DNA from: Octopus sinensis
Lineage: Eukaryota
Direction of reading: 5' to 3'
DNA: 64,000 bases
Assembly (NCBI RefSeq): GCF_006345805.1
Contig: NC_042999.1
Coordinates: 49,972,001 to 50,036,000, forward strand
Positions 52,136 to 64,000 of this stretch are shown here, piece after piece; the first letter of the stretch is position 1, and every line of letters starts with the position of its first letter. Under the pieces are notes generated by a model, which had not been told where the DNA came from, searched no databases, and worked only from the letters and a program-made list of their open reading frames with translations. The position numbers and the translations under genes were made by a program.

Positions 52136-53227
52136 ATTTGTTTTTGTTTATTTTGTTCATGTGTTTATACCTACTTATTTTTTTTGTATTTAATTTTTTT
52201 TATAGTTTGTTAATGTATATAGTTATTTAATTCCATTTGCTTATCTTTGTATTTTATTATGGTTTTTGTTTTGTTTATATTGTTATCAGTTTATGGGGAT
52301 CTTATTCTGTCATATGTTTTAGTATATTTCATTTTTCGATATTTCCATGTCTAAGAAATTTTATTATTTATGAAATAAGTTATATCTTTAATAGCCCTGT
52401 GTTTCAGTGCTTCATTATTGTAAGAGATTCTTTCATAAAAAAAACAGATATAACTTGAAAAACCTTACAAGTTAAGAACTTAATTGATGACAAATCATAA
52501 AGCATGTTAACCCACGAGCAAACTATTAATGATCAATGTGTTTTAAAAATTTAGTTGCAAACATGAGAGTTGTAAACTCATGAAATCCAAATGCTATACT
52601 TGGTTATATAAATATCACATTCTCCCAATGGCCCACAATGTACTTACAACCTAGAACAATTACAAAGCATTACATCACACAATACAAAAGTTGACAGGTA
52701 AAACTTAAGTAAACAACACAGCTATATTATACAGATTTCAGCAGTAAAATAGATGATTAATGATGGAAGCAATTTTCATAAGACAGCACAATGTTAAAAT
52801 AAACATATGGATAATATACACCAATCACAGTCAAAAATAAACACCCAACAGATGATACATAAATCTAACTGTTAGAAACTGCAAATGCTTATTATAAGTA
52901 GACAGTAACACATCATTTCATCCAGAGACAGAGAAGATCTAGAAACTTCGATTGTAGATTTGGAAACTTCATTGTTCCACACAGATTTCAAAGAACTCAT
53001 AAAGGATAAGAATAAAGAAAATCCTTGATATGAAACATAAAGCTAGAATAGAGTTGTACTTCCAATATAACACACACACACACATATCCTTCATTCCTTG
53101 GACCATCAGCTCTTAATGGAGTCAGAGGAGCCCCATCATGATATACAACATGTCTTGAACATTCTGAACCAAACAAAGTGAAACTCTCTCCAGGACTGAA
53201 TTTTGCTGATTTCTTCCACAGAGTAAG

Positions 53228-53237
53228 AGAAAGAAAG

Positions 53238-53287
<50 letters not shown>

Positions 53288-53482
53288 AGGGAGGGAGAGA
53301 AAGAGAGAGAGAAATAGAGAAAGAAAGAAAGAAAGAGAGAGAGAGAAGGAAAGAAAGAGAGAGAAAGAAAGAGAGAGAGAGAAAGAAAGAGAGAGAAAGA
53401 GAGAGAGAAAGAAAGCGTGAGAGAAAGAATGAGAGAGAGAGAAAGAAAGAAAGAAAGAGAGAGAGAGAAAAGTAAAAAAAAG

Positions 53483-53520
<38 letters not shown>

Positions 53521-53521
53521 G

Positions 53522-53571
<50 letters not shown>

Positions 53572-53577
53572 TATAAA
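53228..53577. repeat. (AG)/(AAAG) compound microsatellite
   Basis: Direct reading. Confidence 0.95.
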
Positions 53578-53837
53578 AGAAGAATCAACTCTAGTATTGG
53601 TATTTACCAAACTCTAAAATAATCCTTTCTGCTATAGGCTCAAGGCGTGACATAGTCAACATTGATGGAATTTTGAAGTAAGAATGTAAAGCCAACAGAA
53701 ATACTGCTAAGCATTTTGTCTGGTGTGCTAATAACCCTGCCAGCTCACGATCAAATCTAAAATAATGAAAAACAAAGTTGAGCTCAAAGAGATATGAACT
53801 CAGAGCAACTGATCAGCTATATATATATATATATATA

Positions 53838-54232
53838 TAGGTGCATGAGTGGCTGTGTGGTGAGTAGCTTGCTTACCAACCACATGGCACCTTGGGCAAG
53901 TGTCTTCTACAATAGCCTCGGGCCAACCAAAGCCTCATGAGTGGATTTGTTAGACGGAAACTAAAAGAAGCCTGTCGTATATATGTATATGCATATATAT
54001 AAATATATGCATATATATATATATATGTGTGTGTCTGTTTGTCCCCCAACATCGCTTGACAACCGATGTTGGTGTGTTTACACCCCCATAACTTAGCAGT
54101 TCAGCAAAAGAGACTGATAGAATAAGTACTAGGCTTACAAAGAATAAGTCCTGGGGTCGATTTGCTCGACTAAAAGGTGGTGCTCCAGCATGGCCGCAGT
54201 CAAATGACTGAAACAAGGAAAAGAGTAAAAGA

Positions 54233-54234
<2 letters not shown>
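53838..54234 (+). mobile_element. SINE family A
   Basis: Near-full copy. Confidence 0.88.
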
Positions 54235-54270
<36 letters not shown>

Positions 54271-54332
54271 TCTTTGTATATATTTCTATACATTTCTAAA
54301 TATCTCAGAGAGATTAATGCAGTAGTGATATG

Positions 54333-54580
54333 ATAAAGTAGTTGTATACTGTCAAATTAATGTGACAGTCCCATGAAGGGAATAATACAACTGCTATTTA
54401 GCCCTAGGAAGCAGCAACGCTTCCTGTCTAGCTGGGTGGAGGTGCTTATCTCCCCCTTGCAAACATAAGGACATAGGAAATGTGTCAAGGCCGAAATGAA
54501 GCGTTGCTGCTCCTAGGGCTAAATAGCAGTAGTATTATTCCCTTCATGGGACTGTCATATTAAGTTGACAGTATACAACT

Positions 54581-54587
<7 letters not shown>
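54333..54587. mobile_element. Foldback/MITE-like element with about 90-bp inverted arms
   Basis: 54333-54423 pairs with 54498-54587 with about 3 mismatches and 1 indel. Confidence 0.85.
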
Positions 54588-54629
<42 letters not shown>

Positions 54630-55391
54630 GATATATATATATATATTTCAACAATTGAGGGTAAAATTAATTAATTATTAATCAATTTCACCAAGTATTC
54701 AGTATGCAAAGGGACCATTTAAGGCGAATTCAAATTATTACATATATAAAAGGGCTTAGTAAAATAAATTACTTTGCCGCATACTGAACTCATTAGAATA
54801 GTAGCTAAAAAAACTTTTTTAAAACTATTTCTAATACTTAAAGAAAACCTCTCTCATATAGTGTTTGCTCAATTCAACTCACGAAAGTATGGGGGTAAAG
54901 ACATTAAAAAATCAAATGCAAAGGTTTAAAATTATATATATATATATATATACATATATACACACACATATACACAAATATATATATATATGCTGGTGAC
55001 ATTTCACAAGGTTCATCCTGTCTCAATGATAGTTTATCTATATTCAGTTTGAATGTTGAATATATCTGATTTTCCTTGAGAGCATGTAGCAGTTAAGTTG
55101 TATAATAGTAAATGTCTTCCATTGGCAAAATTTCTTATCATTTTTATGAAATTCTTAAAAAACACTACTCTTTATCACTACCAGAAATGTAGTGAACCAC
55201 TTACAGACTCAATGGAAACCTACACCTAATGATGCCATTGTTCACTAATTGTGATATAAAATTATAAAATAGAACATAGTAAAAAGTAGCTGCCAAGAAC
55301 AACTGTGTTGAGTTTCTCTCTTGAAAATGTCTCATAACAATATCTGGGAAAATTAAGGCAAACAAAAAGAACAGAGGCAGCATGAAAATAT

Positions 55392-55638
55392 ACTCTTTTA
55401 CTCTTTTACTTGTTTCAGTCATTTGACTGTGGCCATGCTGGAGCACCACGTTTAGTCGAACAAATCGACCCCAGGACTTATTCTTTGTAAGCCTAGTACT
55501 TATTTTATCGGTCTCTTATGCTGAACCGCTAAGTTACAGGGACATATACACACCAGCGTCGGTTGTCAAACGATGTTGGGAGGGACAAACACAAGCACAC
55601 AAACATATACCCACATATACACACACACACACACACAT

Positions 55639-55687
<49 letters not shown>

Positions 55688-55843
55688 CATACATATATAC
55701 AACACGCTTTTTTCAGTTTCTGTCTACCAAATCCACTCACAAGGCTTTGGTCGGCCTGAGGCTATAGTAGAAGACACTTGCCCAAGGTGCTACGCAGTGG
55801 GACTGAACCTGGAACCATGTGGTTCATAAGCAAGCTACTTACT
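55392..55843 (-). mobile_element. SINE family A
   Basis: Full reverse copy. Confidence 0.9.
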
Positions 55844-56334
55844 ATCATAAGACCAGTCATTTTGGTAGAGGGACAGGTCAATTAGATTGATCCCAGTGCT
55901 CAACCGGTATTTATTTTATGTACCCCCAAAGGAATCAAAGGCAAAGTTAACCTTGGCAGAATTTGAACTCAGAACATGGAGACAGACAAAATGCCACAAA
56001 GCACTTTACCTGGCATGCTAACAATTCTACCTGCTTGCCACCTGTCAGTATGAAAATATTAGATAAATATTATTCTGAAACTTAACTTTCATTTGTTTCT
56101 GATGGTTTTGATTGATGGGAAAACTTCGTTTGTAACCCATAATACAAATTATACAAATTGATTGAAGGAAGTTATAGAAATCTGATCAAGAATTTGAAGA
56201 AATCAAATTTATCCTGAAAGCTTATACTGATTCTTTCTGAAAACAAACACAATTAAGTTAGGTTTTGACAAAGTGGATCTATATATACATAATATCAAAA
56301 TCAAAATCAAATTCGATAACTGGCGTCCGTGCAA

Positions 56335-56850
56335 GTGGGGTGCAAAGAGGACCATAAGAGTGTGATCATTGACAGATCGACTAACTGGCTTCCGTGCCGG
56401 TGGCACATAATAGGCACCATTCGAGTGTGGTCATTACCAGCGTTACCTTACTGACACTCAAGCCTCGTGCTAGTAGGGTGTTAAGAGCACCATCCAAGTA
56501 TGATCATTGCCAGAGCGGCTATCTGGCCTCCGTGCTGGTGGCACGTAAAAGGCACCATTCAAGCGTGATTGTTACCAGCATCGCCTTACTGGCACCTGTG
56601 CAGGTGCCATGTGTAAAAGATTTGAGCGAGGTCGTTGCCAGTACCAGCTGACTGGCTCCATGCTGGTGGCATATTAAAGCACCCACTACACTCTCGGAGT
56701 GGTTGGCATTAGGAAAGGCATCCAGCTGTAGAAAGTCTGCCAGATCAAGATTGAAGCCTGGTGAAGCCATCTGGTTTGCCAGCCCTCAGTCAAATTGTCC
56801 AACCCATGCTAGCATGGAAAGCGGACATTAAACGATGATAATGATGATGG
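56335..56850 (+). mobile_element. RTE 3' UTR copy (family B), long tandem-unit array
   Basis: About 5 units followed by the conserved tail. Confidence 0.85.
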
Positions 56851-57322
56851 CTTCAAATTTTGGCACAAGGACAGCAATATTGGAGAAAGGAGTAAGTTGA
56901 AATCATTGACCTTAGTGCTTGACTAATTTTATCAAGCCAAAAAAAGGATGAAAAGCAAAACTGACCATGGAAGAATTTGAACCCAGAACATAAAGACAGA
57001 TGAAATGCTGCTAAGCTGTTTGTCCAGCATGCTGGACAAATTCTACCAGCTTGGCACCTTACCAATGCACAATGCATAGAGCATTAAAAAAAACTGATGT
57101 AAAATGAAAATATGCAATGAGTAAAAAAATATTATTGAGTGACTAATATCGTTTTCACATTTTTCTGATAAGTATGTGAAACTCTTCCAAGCACAATTAG
57201 TGAACAATAGCATCACAGACTACCAAAAAGTCTGTGAATGATTCACTGCATTTCTGATAATGATAAAAGGTAGTGTCTTTTAAGATTTTCATACAAATGT
57301 TAATAACTTTTGCCAATACACA

Positions 57323-57550
57323 TTAACCCTTTCGTTACCAACCTGGCTGAAACCGGCTCTAGCTCTGAGTACAAATGTCTTGTTTTCATAAGTTTTGAAT
57401 TAAAATCTTCCACCAAGCCTTAATCACAATTTATGTTCCTAACACTAGCTGAATGATAACTAAGTTATTTTACTAAATTCTTTGTTATATTTAAAGTAAT
57501 TGAAAGAAACACAGAGCATCTCAAAATAAATACAGTAACGAAAGGGTTAA
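57323..57550. mobile_element. piggyBac-type MITE (copy 3)
   Basis: TTAACCCTTTCGTTAC...GTAACGAAAGGGTTAA perfect TIR. Confidence 0.9.
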
Positions 57551-58486
57551 TGAAAAACTGTGCAACTTAACTGCTACATTGCCTTCCAAGCAAGTTTCTG
57601 TAGTGATGTAATTTGACAAAGTGGCTGCAATGAAATTGCTAACAATACTATATTTAGCTTCAATTTTTAAGTAAGCTATCTTTTAAATCTGACAAAAGTG
57701 CTTGCTCCAGCTTGCACGTTATGCCAGAATATAGCTCATGTACCCAATGTTTACTGATGTGATACAAAGCAAATTTATTCATTCACCCACTTTAATAACA
57801 GACACTATACAAACCTATGAGGAAGCTTCTACATGGTCAAATGAACTGTTAGAAATGAGAGCCAATTTTCTTTCAAATAACATTCTATGGTCTGAGAAAA
57901 GAAGGCCACTGAATATATGATGTCTTAGACTTACTGTGTCTCTAAATGAAATGATAAGACATTATAACTGGAATTCATTAGATCATAGGTCTGCTCCATC
58001 AGAGTTAAACAGCAACTATGGCAAACACTGTATAACCATTTACTTTATGACATTTTTCTGTAGCTTTGCTTTCATTGTAAACCCAGAAAAATTCATATTT
58101 AGTGTTAATTTTATTGTAGACATTAAGAGATATTGTATTTAGAAAACATTCCAGCACACATTAGAGAAATTAATGTTTACCTTCATTTTCATAGCAAATC
58201 TTAAATGTGTTATGTTTAGAAAGTAATATAATAGCTTTCATTTCATTCAAAATATTATTTTATAGCATTGATACAGGCATAGCTATGTGGTTAGGAGGTT
58301 TGTTTTGGAACCATATGATCTTTGCTTTGTTCAGGCTGCATAGTCGTTATTGGTTTGTGTCCTCTATGCAGGTTGACCAATACTTTGTGAATGAAAGTGG
58401 TAGGTGAGAACTAAAGAAGCCCAAGGCATGCATGCATGTATGTATGTATGTATGTATGTTATGTATGTACTTGTGGGGGGGGGAGA

Positions 58487-58561
58487 AAGAGAGAGAGAAA
58501 GAGAGAGAGAGAAAGAGAGAAAGAAAGAAAGAGAGAGCAAGAAAGAAAGAGAGAAAGAGGG

Positions 58562-58602
<41 letters not shown>

Positions 58603-58625
58603 AAGAGAGAGAAAGAAAGAGAGAG

Positions 58626-58660
<35 letters not shown>

Positions 58661-58868
58661 GAAAGAGAGAAAGAAAGAGAGAGAAAGAAAGAAAAAAGAG
58701 AGGGAGAAAGAGAGAAAGAAGAGAGAGAGAGAGAGAAAGAGAAAGAAAGAGAAAGAGAGAAAGAGAGAGAAAAAGAAAGAGAGAGAGAAAGAGAAAGAAA
58801 GAGAGAAATAAAGAGAGAAAGAAAGAAAGAAAGAAAGGGAAAGAGAGAGAGAAAGAAAGAGACAGAGA
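58487..58868. repeat. (AG)/(AAAG) compound microsatellite
   Basis: Direct reading. Confidence 0.95.
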
Positions 58869-59412
58869 GTTTGTATTTACTCTTGTTTTGATGTGCATTT
58901 GCTAATTGTAAATAAAATCCTCCCTGTTCATACAGATAATGCTGTTTGCTTGCAGTTCACTGCAAAAGGATGTCTGAGCTTCTTGAATTGTCTTGACATG
59001 TGGTGCTCTTTGTAAACAAAGTCTCACCATTCATACAAACAGTGTCATTTGTTTGCAGTTCTCTGAATAACCATGTGTTAATTGATCAGCAGAATGGGGT
59101 ATTATTACCTTGCTCTGAACCAGGCAAGGGTTGGCATCAGGATGAGTGTCCAGCCATAGAAAACTGCCCCAATGTAGTTTCATCTGACCCATGCTGCCAT
59201 TGAAAAGTAGACATTATTATGTTGTTGTTGTTATTGATGACAATGATGATGATGATGTTGATGATAGGCACAAGGTCGTAAATTTTGGAGAAGCATTTTG
59301 TCAATTATATAGACATCAGTACTACATAGACTGATATGTTCTTTTGGTGAATCTGGAAGAAAGAAAGGTGAAGTCAAATTTCCTCACATCATTTGAAAAG
59401 AAAATGTAAAAA

Positions 59413-59550
59413 CTTCTTTCAGTTTCCGTCTACCAAATCCACTCACAAGGCATTGGTCGGCCCGAGGCTATAGTAAAAGACACTTGTCCAAGATGCCACG
59501 CAGTGGGACTGAACCCGGAACCATGTGGTTGGTAAGCAAGCTACTTACCA
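59413..59550 (-). mobile_element. SINE family A, head fragment
   Basis: Reverse complement of the head. Confidence 0.85.
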
Positions 59551-59699
59551 CACAGCCACTCCTACACCTATGATTGTTTGTTTTTAGAATGAAATTGTAG
59601 TTCAGGTGTGAGAGTCCAGATCTGACTGGTTTGAGCATAAAACAGGAAGGATATTTGCGCCAGATACAGTCAGTTTAAATGCTAAAGGGTTAAACTCAT

Positions 59700-60065
59700 T
59701 GCTGAATTCATTGCTAACTTTCACCTTACTGACAACACTGCTATACATGGCTTGTTTGGCTTTCACAAGCCATTTATCTATCTAGACTTCTTCAGGAACC
59801 ACTAGAATATGGAGCAAGTAATTCTGTTGCAGGCTTTCTCCAGGTTGACGAATACCAAATACAATGGCTAAGTATCTTTCGTCCAGTGCCTTATTAGAAA
59901 GAGGGCATCAGTAGTACTTCTCTCAAGCACAAAACCAAATTGTACCTCATCTATAACTCTCCCCATGGCTTTCATGACCTGGTTTAGCAATTTGATACCT
60001 CTGTCATTACTTCTATCTCAGACATTTCCTTTACCCTTGTAACAATTGACTATAATGCTGCTACA
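59700..60065 (-). mobile_element. Degraded RTE LINE reverse-transcriptase fragment
   Basis: DRSNDRGIKLLNQVMK..DEVQFGFV..STTDALFLIR..PLYLVFVNLEKA. Confidence 0.8.
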
Positions 60066-60832
60066 GCCAATCATTGGTTTCATTCATTTTATGTCCATTT
60101 TCACATGTTAGCTGTGTGGCACAAATAATTATTGAGGAATCATTTTACAGCTGGATGTTCTTTCCAGTTTCTAAAAATTGGCCTTTTTACAAGTGAAAAA
60201 ATTTTTTGTTATATTTTTTGCTCAATGACCTTATAGAAGGATGTGAAATGTAAATATTCAGACAGACCCACACATGTGCACACACACACACATTCATCAA
60301 CAGGGAATTTCCACAGAAACTGATATCAACAACTCTAACCTATGATGATGAAGCAAGTAGAAGCACAAAATCAGTACAGACAGCCTTTAAATATCATATA
60401 GTATCTCCCAGACAGCCTGCTAAACAACAGCAGCAAAAATATATATCAACCTAGTGCTGAATAGTGAAAACGACTACACTCTACAAGTTGGCAGTGAGCT
60501 CTTCAGGAAATACTCTCTTCCTGGTGATCTTTCTTACAGTGCTGAAATAATCAAAATAACATACTTCAAAGACAAACTGGATGGGAAACACTCAGTGTAC
60601 CAAAATAAGAATACATACTTAAATTTCCAGGAAACAAGATGACATTAATATCAACATGAAGTGCAACCTTTCTTGGACTTAAAACTCCTACATCACACTT
60701 CAAAGCTTATGCATTTGGATTCCAAGCACAGGGGATGGCTGCAAAGTATCTAATGACAGAGACAGTGAAGCTTTTGGAATCCCCCAAAAAAACAACCAAA
60801 AATGTTGATTATGTCTCTCATACATACACATA

Positions 60833-61227
60833 TACTCTTTTACTTGTTTCAGTCATTTGACTGCGGCCATGCTGGAGCACCGCCTTTAATCGAACAACTC
60901 AACCCGGGACTTATTCTTTTGTAAGCCCAGTACTTATTCCTTCGGTCTCTTTTGCCGAACCGTTAAGTAACGGGGACATAAACACACCAGCATCGGTTGT
61001 CAAGCAATGCTAGGGGGACAAACACAGACACAAAAACACACACATATATATATACATATATACGACGGGCTTCTTTCAGTTTCCATCTACCAAATCCACT
61101 CACAAGGCTTTGGTCGGCCCGAGGCTATAGTAGAAGACACTTGCCCAAGGTTCCACGCAGTGGGACTGAACCCAGAACCATGTGGTTGGTAAACAAGCTA
61201 CTTACCACACAGCCACTCCTGCGCCTA
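60833..61227 (-). mobile_element. SINE family A
   Basis: Full reverse copy. Confidence 0.9.
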
Positions 61228-62152
61228 TATATATAAGTATATACACACATCAATATTATATATATATATCATAATACATTATATAGTCACATGAATGTAG
61301 TTTGGGTGGTTTGGTGGGTGTGGTCATTCTGGATGCATAATTATGAGTGTGTAAGTGTATGATTTGTTCATATACATCAGTTTTATCATCAACAAGAAAA
61401 AATAATAAACCAGTGCATTCAAACAAAAATACTCTATGATACTTGTTCCGTCCAAGTTGCACAGATGCTCCCTTCCCACTCTGACCATTATAAATTCAGC
61501 AAGCCAGTGAGTGCTTCATTAAAACCTATAATCAACAACACTATTATTCACAAAATATTATACAAATTTAGAAATAAATGATTAACAACATCCCTTTGAA
61601 GTTGATTTTGCATGGAAGTCTGCAATATGCTCTACTCTAATTACATCCTGCTGACAATGACTCATTAGAGACATTTCAAGGAAATTATTTTTAAAATCTT
61701 CAATAAACAGCAGAGAAGTTATCCCCAATCAATGAATGTGGTATCTTTATCAAGTAATGCATTCAATTACTGCTTGAATACTATGTGTGAAATAAGAAGA
61801 CAAAATTATAAATAATGCTTTTATGGATATCTAAAATTGGAAAAGGAATGATATGTATATTAAGAGAAGGTGTTTTTGCAAATATATTTAATCCTAAAAT
61901 TGGTTCAATACATATTTGCAACTTTATATGTATATGTGCAATGGTAGCTTCCAACCTATGGGCTGTGACCCAAACTGGGTTGTGATATACTTCTAAAAGT
62001 GTTGCATAGACATTTGCTTTCTACTTTTCAATGACAGTATTTGATAAATTGTATGATGACCATCAATATATTATATAGTAAGTGATCAGACATAAGGACT
62101 ACAACACAACATTTGAGGTAAACAATTTGCTAAAACTTATTATATTTTGTCT

Positions 62153-62377
62153 TGGGATTTGGTTTGCAAGATTCTTTAAATGAGTTTGTGTGTTGAAGCA
62201 TATTCTGTTGTGTCTAGGGAGAGCCATTTTCTTTTTGTGCCTTATAATGTAACACACTCATTTTAGGAAAATAAAAATAAAAAAATTAAAAATAAGAAAA
62301 AAGTGGAAATTTTACTAGTGAGTGTGTTATATTATAAGGCACAAAAAGAAAATGACTCTCTCCAGACACAACAGAAT
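62153..62377. repeat. Second foldback of the 14-kb Penelope-like repeat
   Basis: 62202-62260 pairs with 62319-62377. Confidence 0.8.
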
Positions 62378-62639
62378 TTTCTAAAAGGTTTAGAAAATAG
62401 TTTAATATCCAAATATCAAAAATATAGAGAAAAGGATGCTTCTAATTGAGAAGTTTGCTTCAAAACCATGTGAGACCATGTTTATTCTCATAAGTGTGAG
62501 ACCATATAGATATATTTTCTACTGATGCCTCCATGACAAGCATATGGAAGAGATCACTGGTCTAAAGAAAACTGATTCCCTTACATCCATCTGAAAAGTA
62601 TTATAATCACAAGCCTTCATTCTTTGATTAATAAACACA

Positions 62640-62858
62640 TAAAAAACTTCAAAATTCTGGAAACTATTTCGTTTTTGGATTTGGTTTGCAAGATTCTTTA
62701 TATGAGTTCATGTGTTGAAACATATTCTGTTGTGTCAGGGGAGAGTCATTTTCTTTTTGTGCCTTATAATGTAACACACTCACCGGTAAAAATTTCCCTT
62801 TTTTTTCCTATTTTTAGTTTCCTAAAATTTTCGTTGCATCTTGCAACCTTTTCAATAG
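62640..62858. repeat. Single copy of the same Penelope-like terminal repeat
   Basis: Homologous to 13962-14096 and 14099-14272. Confidence 0.8.
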
Positions 62859-64000
62859 TTTTGACTCTAATTTCCAGTTTTCCAGATCTGATTTCTAGTT
62901 TTCCAGATATAATTTCTGGAAATTAGATCTTTGTTTAGAGATTGGTTATATTATAAAGTAGTCTACTGATGAATTTAGTGTGGTTTGGGTATATTAGTGT
63001 TGTTTGAGGTACTCTACTGGAAATATAAAGGACTAGAATTTTACATCTGATTGCAAAAAAACAAAAAAAAAAACAGATACGATACAAAGAATTGGTGAGA
63101 ACAAAATCTTCAATGTGTCAATATATGCTTTTCACAAATCTGATGTAGCATGTGATGATGATGGTGATGGTTAAGATGTTGAGAATTAGTTATAGTAAAG
63201 GTTTGTTTAATCCAGGATTGGAAAAAAAAAATCAATTGTAAAAAGCGTGATGGTGATAATAATGTTTTATTTTCAGCAAACAAAAGTCGGAGAATAATGA
63301 TGTGGGATATAATGGTGTAAAATAAAGAAGCCAAGAGAAAAAAAAGACAAACAAATCCAGCAAAGAATGGAAAGGTAATATAGGAAATCAATATTGTATA
63401 GGTTATTATTTCTCTTTCCTCTTGCAATGTGATTTTGTTCAGCTGTTGCAGTGTAGAATAGTAATTGTAATCCAAACATGATAACGTTGTTTAAACTTTG
63501 TGGCATACAAGTTTTTACCTGTGTCATATCTTGACAATCTAAGGAAGCTATAAGCAATATATTGGTTATATATTTTTTATACTTATTATTATTATTATTA
63601 TTATTCAGTAGTTTTATTTTTATTATCATCATCATTATTATAACCACTGTAACCACAACAAAATTACCCATAATTTGCAAATATGTCCATTCTGTATATG
63701 CAAACCACATCAAGTCCTGGGCTTCAAAAATGCTTTACATGGAAATTAGTTCAAAATTCTATTTTCCCAACGAAGAATTAATGTTAATACTAAATCTAAA
63801 ATACTAATCAAATATCAAAGTAAATATATTTTCTTTATTTATATGCATTGTGAAAAACAAATTTTTTTACCAACATGGGATAGTATCAGAGATTAATTAT
63901 TTTGATTTCAGGCTAAATAACCCTGAGCTCAGAACCACACTTTACTTAGTATGTAAAAGAATTTCACTAAAAACTAATGTATTAAATTCTTTTCCTTTCA

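Noticed and set aside
53122-53617. Long ORFs rich in S/L/F or R/E/K (also 58347-58905 and 32282-32818)
   Set aside because: Translations of AG/AAAG microsatellites, not genes.
60300-60760. Possible degraded LINE coding remnant on the plus strand
   Set aside because: No diagnostic motif could be matched with confidence.
61960-62010. PIGWK peptide resembling a WW-domain start
   Set aside because: Too short, no splice context, likely a transposon remnant.

Overview
AT-rich, repeat-dense eukaryotic genomic DNA. The repeat families and (TA)n/(AG)n microsatellites look like an octopus (coleoid cephalopod) genome; this is recognition, not a database result. Only one convincing host coding exon is present: a 103-bp minus-strand exon (18102-18204) encoding part of a PDZ domain resembling FRMPD4/FRMPD1, so most of the window is probably large introns of that gene. 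The rest is transposon debris: several tRNA-derived SINE families, RTE, CR1/Jockey-group and R4/Dong-like LINE fragments, mariner and Tc1 remnants, MITEs, a non-autonomous Helitron and a decayed tRNA-iMet. Almost all listed ORFs are repeat or low-complexity artefacts. The most interesting signal is a set of hammerhead-ribozyme (HHR) elements sitting in or near TA microsatellites. The best is a 535-bp monomer with 172-bp terminal redundancy (24681-25387) carrying a canonical type I HHR with an unusual 42-nt loop II insert, a retrozyme/Penelope-like architecture. Other intact-looking or decayed HHRs and long foldbacks also occur. Repeat boundaries are approximate (about +/-10-20 bp) unless a TSD or TIR is quoted.
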